Position numbers and translations under genes: made by a program. Positions 1-9,867 of a stretch of 43,639 nt of DNA are shown piece by piece. Origin of the DNA: Bacillales bacterium UBA2253 (lineage in GTDB: Bacteria; Bacillota_I; Bacilli_A; ML615J-28; CAG-698); contig DDXT01000071.1 of assembly GCA_002347755.1 (NCBI GenBank), forward strand, positions 1 through 43,639, written 5' to 3'. The first letter of the stretch is position 1. Every line of letters starts with the position of its first letter. The notes under the pieces are model-generated. The model had not been told where the DNA came from. It saw nothing but the letters and a program-made list of their open reading frames with translations, and did not search any database.

Positions 1-247
1 TCTGGTACTCAGACCTTTTCCGGAAGAATGGTAAAACGAGGTTCTCCATATTTGAGGCTCACCCGGATGAATGTTAGCAACTCCGTAATTCATTTTAATC
101 CCGTCTTTCATCAATACTATCAAAAAAAAACGCGATGAAGGAAAACCACATCGGGTTGCTTTGAGCCACGTGGCTAAAAAGCTGATCCGAGTGATTTTTA
201 AACTGGGAAAAGACAAAATACCCTTTGATTTGAATCAGTTAAAATAA
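1..247 (+). pseudogene. IS110-family transposase, C-terminal fragment entering from the window edge, with the frame broken in an A9 run
   Basis: Frame 1 reads SGTQTFSGRMVKRGSPYLRLTRMNVSNSVIHFNPVFHQYYQKK. Frame 2 then continues KKRDEGKPHRVALSHVAKKLIRVIFKLGKDKIPFDLNQLK to TAA at 245-247. Joined, these match the conserved C-terminal end of IS110-family transposases. The frame switch falls inside A9 at 122-130. Confidence 0.7.
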
Positions 248-403
248 TTCTGATAGGTAGCGCTATCAATAACATCTAAATAAATAATTCGAAACTTCAG
301 GCTGTTTTCATTGGTTTTGAACTCAGCAAGTTTTTGTAGGCTTTTTTGAAGCTTCAAAAAAATAAATTAATATTTCTGTTGACTACTAATAGTTAGTCTC
401 CTA

Positions 404-922
404 TTATTCGTAACAATCGTTAAAATATTCCGTCAATAAAATTGACCAATTCGATTGATAACTCCCAGAAAAATCCTTTAGGCTGCTGATATGAAAAGCC
501 GTGCTCGCCGCTCCGTCGTTCTCCCAATAGATGAGAGTTGGGAAACTGATGGCCATGCTGGATTCGATCTTGATGTTCGTGATCTGATCTTCCGTGAGTT
601 CATCGCTATGCAAATAAAATATGGTTTCAAGATTATGAGTTTTGGCTAGTTTGTTGGCTTCAAAAACAAACTGTTCGCACTGGGCCAATTCCCCTGATCC
701 GATATAGACTTGGAAAGTATCGCCATTGGCAATTTTTCTCATCACATCGTCGTAATCAATGGTTTCAAAAACGTGGTCTCTTCCGTCCAAGCTGTCATAT
801 TCCTTGTCAATCGCCGCTTTGTCTCCCCCCCAAGGAATCGATAACATGATGACCAAAAGAATGGCAAGGGCCGCCACGCCGACCACGATATATGTTAATT
901 TCTTTTCAGTTTTTTCGCTCAT
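404..922 (-). CDS. Membrane-anchored hypothetical protein, possibly a thioredoxin-like fold without a CxxC motif
   Basis: 172-aa ORF with an N-terminal TM helix (LTYIVVGVAALAILLVIMLSI). The soluble domain only loosely resembles thioredoxin-fold accessory proteins and has a single Cys (LAQCEQF). Confidence 0.45.
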   Translation of the reverse strand: MSEKTEKKLTYIVVGVAALAILLVIMLSIPWGGDKAAIDKEYDSLDGRDHVFETIDYDDVMRKIANGDTFQVYIGSGELAQCEQFVFEANKLAKTHNLETIFYLHSDELTEDQITNIKIESSMAISFPTLIYWENDGAASTAFHISSLKDFSGSYQSNWSILLTEYFNDCYE

Positions 923-1430
923 TTAATAATACCTCCCTGATTCGGGTGCAAATCTTTTTTAATTATACCACAAGCCCCGGCCTAATGCAACGTAAAATCC
1001 GCATTTTGAAACCGGTCCCGTTTTTACGAATTTTTTGGAGGTCGCATTCAAAAACATTAATAAAAATGGCATGCCATTTGGGATTGTGAAAATCAATCTT
1101 TTTCTCTTTGTCCGATATTTAGTTCGTTATTACGGCCCTTCATGGCCAGCAGGTCTTTTTAATTCCTCGGCTCATTGACTTCTTCATCAATGGAATCCAA
1201 GCGTCAGTAACGATAGTTCTCCATGATCAAGCCGGAAGCGAGTGATTTTTTAAATTTGCTTTTTCTGGTCGTTTTGTTTCGTTTTTGTTTGTTGACATTT
1301 AGAGCTAATCACAAACCTGGAAAACAAAATCCTTGAAGCCGAACAAAAATGTGCGGATTTCAAGGATCTTTCAAAGTATAAACGGTAAAAACGCCCACCT
1401 TCCATTCAAATTTTCAACTCAATCATCATC

Positions 1431-2705
1431 TTAAGGTTTAAGGCAATTTATTGGGACTACATAAATTCCGTCTTCTGGTCGTCGGTAAGCCGGGCCGCCG
1501 GCGGTCAAAACCATCATAAAAGCCGGGCTTTTTTCATCGCTTTTCTGAACAATCTTGTTTTTTAACGTGGTCAAAGAACTGATGCCGTCATTCACCAACT
1601 TTTCACCCCCCAATTTGATTTCAACGGCACTCCAGTTACCGTCGGGCAAATGAAGGATCGCATCGCATTCCAGACCGGCATTGTCTCGGTAATGTCTTAC
1701 TTCCCCATCTATCGTGGATGCATAAATTGACAAATCACGGATTGCCATATCCTCAAAGAACAAACCGAATGTCCTTGCATCATTTAGTAAGTCATTCGGT
1801 GAAATGTTTAAGGCACGGCAAGCAATGGAGGTATCCACAAAATGCCGGGTAGGCGTAGATCTAATGGAGGTCTTGGAACGAATGTTGGGGTTCCATGCTT
1901 CGATGTCTTCGATGATATATAAATCCTTCAATGCATCCATATACTCGTCGTAGGTCTTCCGATCAAAGGTGCGGTTGTTGGAGGAACAAATATCGGCAAT
2001 AATCGTGGAAGCGGGTGCCTCCGTCGAAATGTTTCTCGCATAACTGCGAAGGATCATCTTGAACACTTCGGTTTTCTTATTTCGAAATAGCTCATTATTG
2101 CTGTCTTCAAATACGAAAAGACTATCATAATAGTTTCTGGTGATTTCTAGCCCAAGATCTTTGTCATCCTGAATTGATATCGGCCATCCTCCGCGGCAAA
2201 TGAGATAAGCGGCATCATTCAAAGAAAAACCGGAATTCAAATCAAATATTTCTTTTTCCGGGTTTCGAAACAGCTCTGACAAAGACACGGTTCCGGTTGT
2301 TTCTTCGGATTCAAACAGTGACATTGTTCTCATTTTCAATGGAGTAATTCTTCCGGCTCCGGAGTGGTGTATTTCGGTTTTGATTGCCGGAGTGGAACTT
2401 CCCGTTAAAATATATTTCCCAAATTGATAATCAAAATCCAGGTCATCTTTAATTTGGTTCCAAATGTCTGGAACCGTTTGCCATTCATCAATCAAGCGGG
2501 GACTTTTACCATTAAGAACCCCTTTTGGGTTCATCCTTGCAAGTTCAATAACTTGTTTCGTGTTTAATTTTATAAAACTGTTTTGATAAAGCATGCAGGT
2601 TGTTGTTTTTCCGCAAAATTTCGGTCCAGCAACCAAAACAGCACCGGATGATTTCAATTTTCGTATTATTTTTTCTTCAATCAATCGCGGATAGTATTTT
2701 TTCAT
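1431..2705 (-). CDS. AAA+ ATPase of the DUF4143 (AAA_14) family
   Basis: 424-aa ORF. Walker A is GPKFCGKTT near the N-terminus, and the N-terminal pattern YYPRLIEEKI...VLVAGPKFCGKTTT plus the overall length are typical of COG1373/DUF4143 ATPases. Confidence 0.8.
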   Translation of the reverse strand: MKKYYPRLIEEKIIRKLKSSGAVLVAGPKFCGKTTTCMLYQNSFIKLNTKQVIELARMNPKGVLNGKSPRLIDEWQTVPDIWNQIKDDLDFDYQFGKYILTGSSTPAIKTEIHHSGAGRITPLKMRTMSLFESEETTGTVSLSELFRNPEKEIFDLNSGFSLNDAAYLICRGGWPISIQDDKDLGLEITRNYYDSLFVFEDSNNELFRNKKTEVFKMILRSYARNISTEAPASTIIADICSSNNRTFDRKTYDEYMDALKDLYIIEDIEAWNPNIRSKTSIRSTPTRHFVDTSIACRALNISPNDLLNDARTFGLFFEDMAIRDLSIYASTIDGEVRHYRDNAGLECDAILHLPDGNWSAVEIKLGGEKLVNDGISSLTTLKNKIVQKSDEKSPAFMMVLTAGGPAYRRPEDGIYVVPINCLKP

Positions 2706-2946
2706 AACGCACCTTCTTCATTTTTAATAATACACTTTTTTCTTGGATTGTCAACATTATTCCCCATATTTTCAATGAATTATTCCCTATATTTTCAATT
2801 ACAAATTCCCACTTTTTTCAATCGTTCGGAATGTCTCCCAAATTCCAAGGTAAAAACTCGGCTTGCTGAGCTTCCTTTCCCCACATTTTGGTTGCATTCA
2901 TGCAAAAAACACATTTATCCAGGATGGACAAATGTGATGTTTTTCA

Positions 2947-3023
2947 TGGCGCCCCCAATAGGACTTGAACCTATGACCCCATGATTAACAGTCATGTGCT
3001 CTAACCAACTGAGCTACGGAGGC
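2947..3023 (-). tRNA. tRNA-Asn (anticodon GUU) with encoded CCA
   Basis: The minus strand reads GCCTCCG-TA-GCTC-AGTTGGTTA-GAGC-A-CATGA-CTGTTAA-TCATG-GGGTC-ATAGG-TTCAAGT-CCTAT-TGGGGGC-G-CCA. This is a 77-nt cloverleaf with a 7-bp acceptor stem (two G-U pairs), a T-loop TTCAAGT and anticodon loop CT-GTT-AA. Confidence 0.9.
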
Positions 3024-3190
3024 CCCTTTTAAAAATTGGTCTGGAATAATGCTACCATAATTCAAGTCTTAAAGCAAGAAAAAAAGGCGTCTTTTTGAAC
3101 TGAGGTATTAAAAATAACCCCTGAAAATTAAAAATCCATTCCGTAAAAATGGGAATGGATTGGATATGAAGATTCAACTATTGATTTGAT

Positions 3191-4450
3191 TTATTTGTAC
3201 CAGAACCATTCGTCGGTAACGGCCCCATAATCATCGGCTTGGTCAACTTTTAGTTTTTCGCCCAAAAGCAGTTCAAAAACCACCGCTTGGTCAACATCGC
3301 CATTTCCGGTTTTTATGGTTTTGTTTTCTTTTACCAAACATCTTAAGGCATCAGGGTCGGCTTCAAAGCTTCGTAATTCCCCCAAAGTGATGACCGTGGC
3401 TTCATTGATGAGACTTCCATTCTTATCATATTCAAATATCTCAAGTGATATATAAGGAAATACCCAATCAATGTGAATATTATAGGTGACATTATTGCTT
3501 TCGATTTCATCTGGATCCGCTCCATCAATTGCGTATTCTCCCGAAAAAGAAAATTGGTCCGGTTGTTCCAAAGGATCAATTGTTTCAACAACTCTTAACC
3601 CGTTGGAAGTGATTAACCCGATCTCCAAATCATTGGTTACAAAAAAAGGATTCAGGCTAAGATAAACATCATAGATGCTTTCATAGTAGTACTTTTCGGA
3701 AATATCCGACAAGGCATAAGTCCCGGTTAAACAGGTTTCTTCATGTTCAGAAGTTCTTACAACATAGTTGATCCCCATCATCTCGTTTCTTAGCTCTTCA
3801 AGGGAATTGTATTCTTCTTGGGTGCCGCTTACAAAAACCCCGAAAAGTGCTTCGCCGATTTCCGAATCAATGACCAAAATTTCCAAAAAATCAAAATTAG
3901 GCTCATAAGAAATGAGAACTTTATCATTTAGCTTAAGTTCGCTTATGCTAATGCTGTCTCCGCGATTGTCGTTGATCGCGGCGTCATCTTCAAGAAATTT
4001 GTAAGGCGGTAAATCAACATTGGCGAAACTGCCTTCGAAACTTATCAAACCATTTTCCGAATCAATGCTTTCAATGTATCCGAAAGCTCGAATGAAAGTA
4101 TATCTTTGTCCATCATTATTTTCGCGACTCGAATAATACAAGCTAAACCCCGTTAAAACAATGGCAAGCAGACTGAATGCCAAAGACAACAAAGTAAATT
4201 TGGTTTTCTTCTTATTTGTTATCGCTTCTTCGATGGTTATTGATTTAACGGAATTATCGTCAATTAAATCATTGATGCTGCATTCAAAAATGTTGGCTAG
4301 TTTTTCAAGGCTTTCAATGTCGGGTAGAGTTTTTCCCTGTTCCCATCTGGAAACGCATTGTCTGGTCACAAACAATTTGTCTGCCAGAAATTGTTGCGTC
4401 ATGTCTTTCTTGATCCTAAAGTTTCGAATATTGTCATTTATGTTATTCAT
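3191..4450 (-). CDS. XRE-family HTH transcriptional regulator with a TM helix and a large C-terminal extracytoplasmic domain
   Basis: 419-aa ORF. The N-terminal Cro/C1-type HTH is MTQQFLADKLFVTRQCVSRWEQGKTLPDIESLEKLANIFECSINDLID, followed by the TM segment FTLLSLAFSLLAIVLTGFSLYY. Confidence 0.8.
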   Translation of the reverse strand: MNNINDNIRNFRIKKDMTQQFLADKLFVTRQCVSRWEQGKTLPDIESLEKLANIFECSINDLIDDNSVKSITIEEAITNKKKTKFTLLSLAFSLLAIVLTGFSLYYSSRENNDGQRYTFIRAFGYIESIDSENGLISFEGSFANVDLPPYKFLEDDAAINDNRGDSISISELKLNDKVLISYEPNFDFLEILVIDSEIGEALFGVFVSGTQEEYNSLEELRNEMMGINYVVRTSEHEETCLTGTYALSDISEKYYYESIYDVYLSLNPFFVTNDLEIGLITSNGLRVVETIDPLEQPDQFSFSGEYAIDGADPDEIESNNVTYNIHIDWVFPYISLEIFEYDKNGSLINEATVITLGELRSFEADPDALRCLVKENKTIKTGNGDVDQAVVFELLLGEKLKVDQADDYGAVTDEWFWYK

Positions 4451-4556
4451 TGCTTTACCTCACCAATATTTTTACATAGTTTCTTAAAATAATCACGCAA
4501 TTCCAACGCAACAATTTGTTTCGGAACAATAATTTTTTTCTCTTGGAAGGGGAACA

Positions 4557-4610
4557 TTAAGAAATAAAATTTCTTAATTCCATTATACGCACCTTAATAA
4601 TAAAAGCAAA
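4557..4610 (-). promoter_or_regulatory. Putative sigma-A promoter with an overlapping perfect palindrome (candidate operator) upstream of the XRE regulator
   Basis: On the minus strand, TTGCTT (4604-4609), a 16-nt spacer, then TATAAT (4582-4587). It is followed immediately by TTAAGAAAT-AAA-ATTTCTTAA (4557-4577), a perfect 9-bp inverted repeat. Confidence 0.35.
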
Positions 4611-4723
4611 TGTTTCCATAGAACTTTTAATAATCAATATTCATCAAAAGCGACATGCTTTGTTATTTTCCGCGGCAATCATTCATTCGGTAAAACCAGG
4701 AAATTTCCCCATGATTTCCCATG

Positions 4724-4759
4724 AAAAAAGGGGAAGCGGTTGTTTCGCTTTCCCTTTTT
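4724..4759 (-). terminator. Rho-independent terminator downstream of the large lipoprotein gene
   Basis: Stem GGGGAAGCG / CGCTT(T)CCC with a 7-nt loop, flanked by A6 (4724-4729) and T5 (4755-4759). On the minus strand the stem is followed by TTTTTT. Confidence 0.6.
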
Positions 4760-4826
4760 CCATATGCTTTTTCATATCTGAACCTGAAATGAAAAGTACA
4801 AATGATTTATTCATCTTTTTGACGAT

Positions 4827-7800
4827 TTAAGCGGCTGCTTTTGCGGTTACGTTGTAAACGAAAACTTTGGTATGAGTTTCGCTGAACGTTACCGTGATCG
4901 TGATGACGACGGCCGTGTCAACCGCCGGAACGGCGAAAGTTCCGTCATTGGCGATGACGCCAACCTGGCTGCTCGAAAAAGCATAAGTGGCGCCCGGAAG
5001 AGCGTTCTCATATTCGGTAGCCGCGAAGAATGCCAAAGTTTTGGTGACGTTCATTCCTTCGGTCAGGACCTTCTCGATCTCCGCTTTCGCGTAGTTTTCT
5101 TTTTCCAGATCGGTCAAAGGCGTTACGAACGAGAAATCTTCCAAATACCCGAGCGACCAACCGTTCAGGCCGTGATAGCTGTAAAGGACGCCGCCCAAGG
5201 TTACTTGTTTTCCCACCAAAAGTTTCAGTTCGTCTTGGTCGACGGACTGATAATAAATGGCGATTTTGGCTGCGCCTTCGTCCAAACTGGCGGCCAAATA
5301 AACATCGTTGTAAGAGCCTTGAATGGTCAGATACCCGGTGATCTGAAGATATTTACCGTAGAAAGCATTGGCTTTTACTGCGGCGACATCGGCTTCGCTC
5401 ATGACCTCGGTTCCGCTTAGCATTGGCAGATCGGTGAAAGTCGCAACCGTCACCGGAAGCGGATTGGCATGGACCAATTCATCGATTTTGGCCACGCTGT
5501 AATTTCCGGAAATCTGACGGACATATTGTTTGTCATAACCCAGATAGACCGTCCCGGTTCCTCGGATCCGGACCGAATCGCCAATCGCCAGACCGCCGGT
5601 GGCATACTTGGCACGGATGTACAAAGATCCGGTGGCATCCGCGATGTAATAATAGCCATCCGCGGTAACGCCGATGATGATCCCGTCAACAACCAGTATC
5701 TGTCCCGGGTTGGCATCAATCTGGGCAATGGCTTCCGCGACCGTGATCGGCGTGCGTCCCAAAACCGTAACATCAAAAGTCTCCGAGGTCAGGGCTCCGT
5801 TGATGGTAACACTCAAAGTGACTTCGGTATCGAGAAGCGGAGTGACAATGACGCCCAGCGCCGAAATGACCGCCGGATTGGTCGTGTTCCACAACATGGT
5901 TGGCAGAATGTTCGTTTCGGTGATCGCCCCGGAAAGGGCGAAAGCCGGGAACATGCGGCCGATCAAGCCTTTTTCGATTTGAATGGTATCATTGAGGGCC
6001 AAACCGGTTCGTAGATCGTAACTGCATGAATCGGCTGCTCCCGGAAGATCATTGAGTCCCGGCGACCATAGATATCCGCCGGTCGGAATGATCAAGGCGT
6101 CACCCGGCAGGAACTCGTTTACGATGGCGGTTACTTTTCCGGTGGCATCAATGATCAATTTCTCATAAGCGGAAGGATCGGAGGTGGCATGGACTTCGCC
6201 CCAAGTGATCGAAAGATCCGCTCCAGTCAGGTTCGCGTACAAAACGCCCATGTTGGCATTGGCCAAAGCCGGTTTTAAATCGGCCGGAAGACTGGTGACT
6301 TCAACATAATTCATGACGAAATGCATGCGAAGGCTGGTATCCGGAGCCGTAAACAACATGGTATATCCCATGAATGGCAAAACATAAGAGGCATTGGCCG
6401 TATATTCGCTCAGGTTGGCGGGCACGGTCGGCGTTCCGTAGATCGAAGGCGTGACGCCAACCGGGGTGATCCCGAAATTGACGCTCACCTGCATGTTGAT
6501 GCTCGGGAACTGCACGGACGAAACCACCAGGTTCCTCGGCGCGCTGGCCAGTTTTTGAATCAGCAGTCTGTTGGTTGCCAGATCAAATAGCGTCGTGTCT
6601 TCGCCAACTTGATAAGCCCAGGCGAAGGTTCCGCCCATGGTGTCCAAAGCGTAATCGGCCACGATTTGCGTCGGCGTCGCGGCTGCGACTTCGGCCAAAT
6701 CATTTTCCGCGTCGCTGATGATCATCTCGGCGGCTTCCAACGCGGAAACATTGCTGACAACCAGTTTTTGTTTTTCGGTTAGCGCTGCAAAGGCCGCCCG
6801 GGCGGCTTCGACTTTCACAATGTCCGCATCCGCCAAAGTGGCTGGCAAAGCGGCGATCAAAGCTTCAACGGCGCCGGCCGGGAATTCCGATTTGAAAGAT
6901 CGAAGTTCAACGACCACGGGATCTCCGACTTCGAAATTGACGTTGGTGGTCAGTTTCGCAAACGGCGAATTGGTAACGCGGTCTTTGTCATAAACATGCG
7001 GACACCAGAGGTATTCGCCCGGCTGAAGGATGATGTCAACGCCGGCCACGGCTCCCAACAAATCTTTGTTTAGATTGGCTTTGACCAGTCCGTCCGCGCC
7101 GATGATGGCATAACCGTACAGACTATGGCCGTAAGCCGTTCCCTGATATCCGTAAATGTCTTTGGAGTTGAAAGTGATCGCGGTGGCATTTCCGTTATGA
7201 TACAAAGCCCCGTAACCCGGATTGGCCGGCTGGCCGTTGGAAATGATCCCAACATTGGCCGCGGTGACCGGAGTCGCGGAATACGGCTGAAGCACGCTCA
7301 AAGGTAGTTTCAGTTCCCCGCTTTCCATGGCCCGAAGTTCGATCAGGGCCTTCTCTCCGAGCATGGCCACGGTGCCGTCCGGAAGATTCAGGGTATAACC
7401 GTTCCAGCCCACGGCCGGATCGGTCAGACTGGAAGAAACATTACTGTAATAAGCCGGAGTCTCCCCGACTCGCAAAACGCCGAAATTGACGGTGACTTCT
7501 TCAGAAAAGCTGCCGCAAGTCACAACCAGCACGATCGGATTGCTGGCAACGCTCAATTTGAACAATTCTCCGGATTCAAGATCAAAGAAGGATTCGTCTT
7601 CCCCGGCTTTGTAAGTCCAACCCGCCCCAACGGCCTGAGGAAGCAAGGTGTCAGCCGTAATTTGTTCCGGCGCCGCTTCAGCCAACATTTTGACCGTTAG
7701 CAGTTCCGCCGGCGGAAGTTTGTAAGGTTCAACTTTGATGATCGTTCCTTCAAACAGAACGCCATCGGTTTTCTGACATAGTCTGGTTCCGTATCCGACT

Positions 7801-9794
7801 CCGCTTCCGGTGGCGGCGTAGTCAATGTCCCAGGTATGCGGACACCACAAGAAATCCCCCGGTTGCAAAGTCACGGTCAGCAGGTTCTGCGAACCGATGG
7901 CATCGCCTCCGCCGTGAGTTTCCAAATATTTCATGACCGTGTAAGTTCCGTCCTCGTTTTGGGTGAACATGATCTTTCCGTATCCGTAAGATAAGGTCGG
8001 AACATTGGTTCGTCCGTAAGTATCGCTGGCATCAAAGGTCACCGCGACGGTTCCGTTATTCTGGTACAAGGCTCCGGCTCCGCTGTAAGTCATCGGGACT
8101 CCGTTCTGTAAACCGATGTTGTTATAATCGGTTTGCAAAGACAGCCCAAGCGGTCTTAAGGTTTCGCGGGAGATCTTTTCATTCTCGATGGTTGCGCTGA
8201 TTGGGATGTATGCGTCTTTCGAAATGAAATAGACATTGTTTCCGACGGTAACGGTGTAACCGCCAAAACCGGACGTTTCCATCTGCGTCTTGAAAGTACC
8301 GAATCCGTCCCAGGTATTTCCTTCCGCCGGTTTGGTGGCCCCGGTATAGAAGATCGCCTTTTGTCCTTCTTTAAGAAGACCAAAATCGACGTTGACTTCC
8401 AAGGTGGTAAGGTTGTATGTGGCCAGCAGAGTCACTTTGGCCACTCCGAAAGTAGTCGTCAAAAGTGTTCCCGCTTCCAAATCAAACAAAGAGGTATCCT
8501 GTCCGGCCTTGTAAGTCCAGACCACGCCTCCGGTTTTCGGAAAGTCGAAGTCGCTGACGATCTGTTCCGGAACCTGTTCGATGGCCGGATAAAGAACGGC
8601 CAGATCCGGATTCTTGGCAATCGCCAGATCTCTTTCCTTTTCTTCCAGGACTTCTTGGTTAATCACAAAGTCTTTTTGAAGATCGGTCAAAGCATCAAAA
8701 GCCGTCCGAGCTGCAACGATCGCGGTCTCGTCGCCGGCAGTGACGACTCCCGGAAGCGCGTCGATCAATAGTTCGACCGCATGAGCAGCTTCGAGGTTGG
8801 CGATTCTTTCCTCGCGGATCATAAGCGCCGTCAAAGCCGAAACCAGGGCTTTTTGGGTGGTGGTCAAAGCATCATAAGCGCTGCGCGCCGCTTCAACCGC
8901 AACTTTGTCAGTCAGTTCAACGGTCGCCGGCAGGTTGAGGATCAAACCGTCAACGGCGGTGGCGGCTGCCACATCCGCAGCATTGGCTTTCAGTTGGGCC
9001 AAAGCGGTTTCCGCCGCAGTTAGCCGCGGATAATTGGTTAGGGAAGCCTTCTCCTCGGAAGTCAGAGCTTCATAAGCCGCCCGAGCGGCCAAGATCTGCG
9101 CTTCATCCTCCAAAGTAATGGTTGTTGGCAAAGCCAGCAAAATGTTATCGGCAGCCTGGATGGTTTTCAAAGAAACGATGCCGGCTTCCGCGGCTTCCAA
9201 AGCCGCCAAATTGGTAACCAATAGTTCTTGGGCATCCGTCAGGGCGATAAAAGCGGCCCGGGCGAAAGCCACGGCGTTTTCGTAAGTCAGATCGATCGGC
9301 GTCGGCAGATCAGCGATCTTGTTGATGACGAAGGTGGCGGCGCTCAAATCCGCATTCAAAACCGCCATGACGGCTTCTTTGGCGCTCAAGACCGCCAAAT
9401 TGGTGATCAGAGCTTTTTGAGCCGCGGACAAAGCGTCGTAGGCGGTTCTCGCGGTTTGCACGGCGGCTTCATTGGTTAACGTCACCGTTTCCGGAAGCCC
9501 GGTAATCAGATCGATGACGATCAAGACGGCCAGTTCGCCTTCTTTTTCGGTCAGAACGGTCAGATTTGTAACCAAAGCTTTTTGCGCTTCGGTCAAAGCC
9601 TCATAGGCGGTCCGAGCTTGCGCAATGGCGTCTTCGCTTCCCAACACCACCGTTTCCGGAAGCGCCAGGATCGCCTCGTCGACCGCTTCCGCGGCCAGTT
9701 CGTCAGCGCTCTTTCCGCAGCCATTCAATCCCAGAGCCAATATTACCCCCAGGAAGATCAGCAACAATTTGGAAAATGTATTTGATTTGGACAT
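4827..9794 (-). CDS. Very large (1655 aa) repeat-rich surface lipoprotein, likely an adhesin-like or unknown-function cell-surface protein
   Basis: Start chosen at ATG 9794 (MSKSNTFSKLLLIFLGVILALGLNGCGK, a signal peptide plus lipobox LNGC), preceded by GGAGA. The 45-codon upstream extension of the tracked ORF overlaps a predicted promoter. Content is six or more roughly 60-aa Ala-rich helical repeats, three paralogous modules of about 300 aa, and C-terminal Ig-like (aBig-like) segments. Confidence 0.85.
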   Translation of the reverse strand: MSKSNTFSKLLLIFLGVILALGLNGCGKSADELAAEAVDEAILALPETVVLGSEDAIAQARTAYEALTEAQKALVTNLTVLTEKEGELAVLIVIDLITGLPETVTLTNEAAVQTARTAYDALSAAQKALITNLAVLSAKEAVMAVLNADLSAATFVINKIADLPTPIDLTYENAVAFARAAFIALTDAQELLVTNLAALEAAEAGIVSLKTIQAADNILLALPTTITLEDEAQILAARAAYEALTSEEKASLTNYPRLTAAETALAQLKANAADVAAATAVDGLILNLPATVELTDKVAVEAARSAYDALTTTQKALVSALTALMIREERIANLEAAHAVELLIDALPGVVTAGDETAIVAARTAFDALTDLQKDFVINQEVLEEKERDLAIAKNPDLAVLYPAIEQVPEQIVSDFDFPKTGGVVWTYKAGQDTSLFDLEAGTLLTTTFGVAKVTLLATYNLTTLEVNVDFGLLKEGQKAIFYTGATKPAEGNTWDGFGTFKTQMETSGFGGYTVTVGNNVYFISKDAYIPISATIENEKISRETLRPLGLSLQTDYNNIGLQNGVPMTYSGAGALYQNNGTVAVTFDASDTYGRTNVPTLSYGYGKIMFTQNEDGTYTVMKYLETHGGGDAIGSQNLLTVTLQPGDFLWCPHTWDIDYAATGSGVGYGTRLCQKTDGVLFEGTIIKVEPYKLPPAELLTVKMLAEAAPEQITADTLLPQAVGAGWTYKAGEDESFFDLESGELFKLSVASNPIVLVVTCGSFSEEVTVNFGVLRVGETPAYYSNVSSSLTDPAVGWNGYTLNLPDGTVAMLGEKALIELRAMESGELKLPLSVLQPYSATPVTAANVGIISNGQPANPGYGALYHNGNATAITFNSKDIYGYQGTAYGHSLYGYAIIGADGLVKANLNKDLLGAVAGVDIILQPGEYLWCPHVYDKDRVTNSPFAKLTTNVNFEVGDPVVVELRSFKSEFPAGAVEALIAALPATLADADIVKVEAARAAFAALTEKQKLVVSNVSALEAAEMIISDAENDLAEVAAATPTQIVADYALDTMGGTFAWAYQVGEDTTLFDLATNRLLIQKLASAPRNLVVSSVQFPSINMQVSVNFGITPVGVTPSIYGTPTVPANLSEYTANASYVLPFMGYTMLFTAPDTSLRMHFVMNYVEVTSLPADLKPALANANMGVLYANLTGADLSITWGEVHATSDPSAYEKLIIDATGKVTAIVNEFLPGDALIIPTGGYLWSPGLNDLPGAADSCSYDLRTGLALNDTIQIEKGLIGRMFPAFALSGAITETNILPTMLWNTTNPAVISALGVIVTPLLDTEVTLSVTINGALTSETFDVTVLGRTPITVAEAIAQIDANPGQILVVDGIIIGVTADGYYYIADATGSLYIRAKYATGGLAIGDSVRIRGTGTVYLGYDKQYVRQISGNYSVAKIDELVHANPLPVTVATFTDLPMLSGTEVMSEADVAAVKANAFYGKYLQITGYLTIQGSYNDVYLAASLDEGAAKIAIYYQSVDQDELKLLVGKQVTLGGVLYSYHGLNGWSLGYLEDFSFVTPLTDLEKENYAKAEIEKVLTEGMNVTKTLAFFAATEYENALPGATYAFSSSQVGVIANDGTFAVPAVDTAVVITITVTFSETHTKVFVYNVTAKAAA
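8600..9710 (-). repeat. Tandem coding repeats: six copies of a roughly 60-aa helical motif inside the lipoprotein gene
   Basis: The recurrent pattern is LP.TV.L..E..V..AR.AY.ALT..QK.LV.NL..L...E. Examples are LPETVVLGSEDAIAQARTAYEALTEAQKALVTNL, LPETVTLTNEAAVQTARTAYDALSAAQKALITNL and LPATVELTDKVAVEAARSAYDALTTTQKALVSAL. A seventh isolated copy lies at about 6715-6895. Confidence 0.8.
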
Positions 9795-9837
9795 ATTTTC
9801 TCCTTTCCGGTCAGAAACATCTCCGTTTAGCGTTTTT

Positions 9838-9867
9838 ATTATAACATAGTCTAAGCCGCCAAAGCAA
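9838..9867 (-). promoter_or_regulatory. Putative promoter of the lipoprotein gene
   Basis: Minus strand TTGCTT (9862-9867), an 18-nt spacer, then TATAAT (9838-9843), about 45 nt upstream of ATG 9794. Confidence 0.35.

Noticed and set aside
342-361. A perfect 20-nt palindrome, TTTTTTGAAGCTTCAAAAAA.
   Set aside because: It is almost entirely A/T, leaves no loop and has only a 4-bp G/C-containing core. That is too weak to call a terminator or operator, and it is likely an incidental AT-rich symmetry around an AAGCTT site.
923-1430. A 500-bp non-coding gap with short frames that hint at transposase-like debris, such as ...DLLAMKGRNNELNIGQREKD.
   Set aside because: The fragments are too short and too dissimilar to any family I can name. 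I cannot support a pseudogene or ncRNA call by eye.
2748-2984. A 78-aa plus-strand ORF.
   Set aside because: It runs antisense into the tRNA-Asn gene, covers an intergenic promoter region and has implausible composition.
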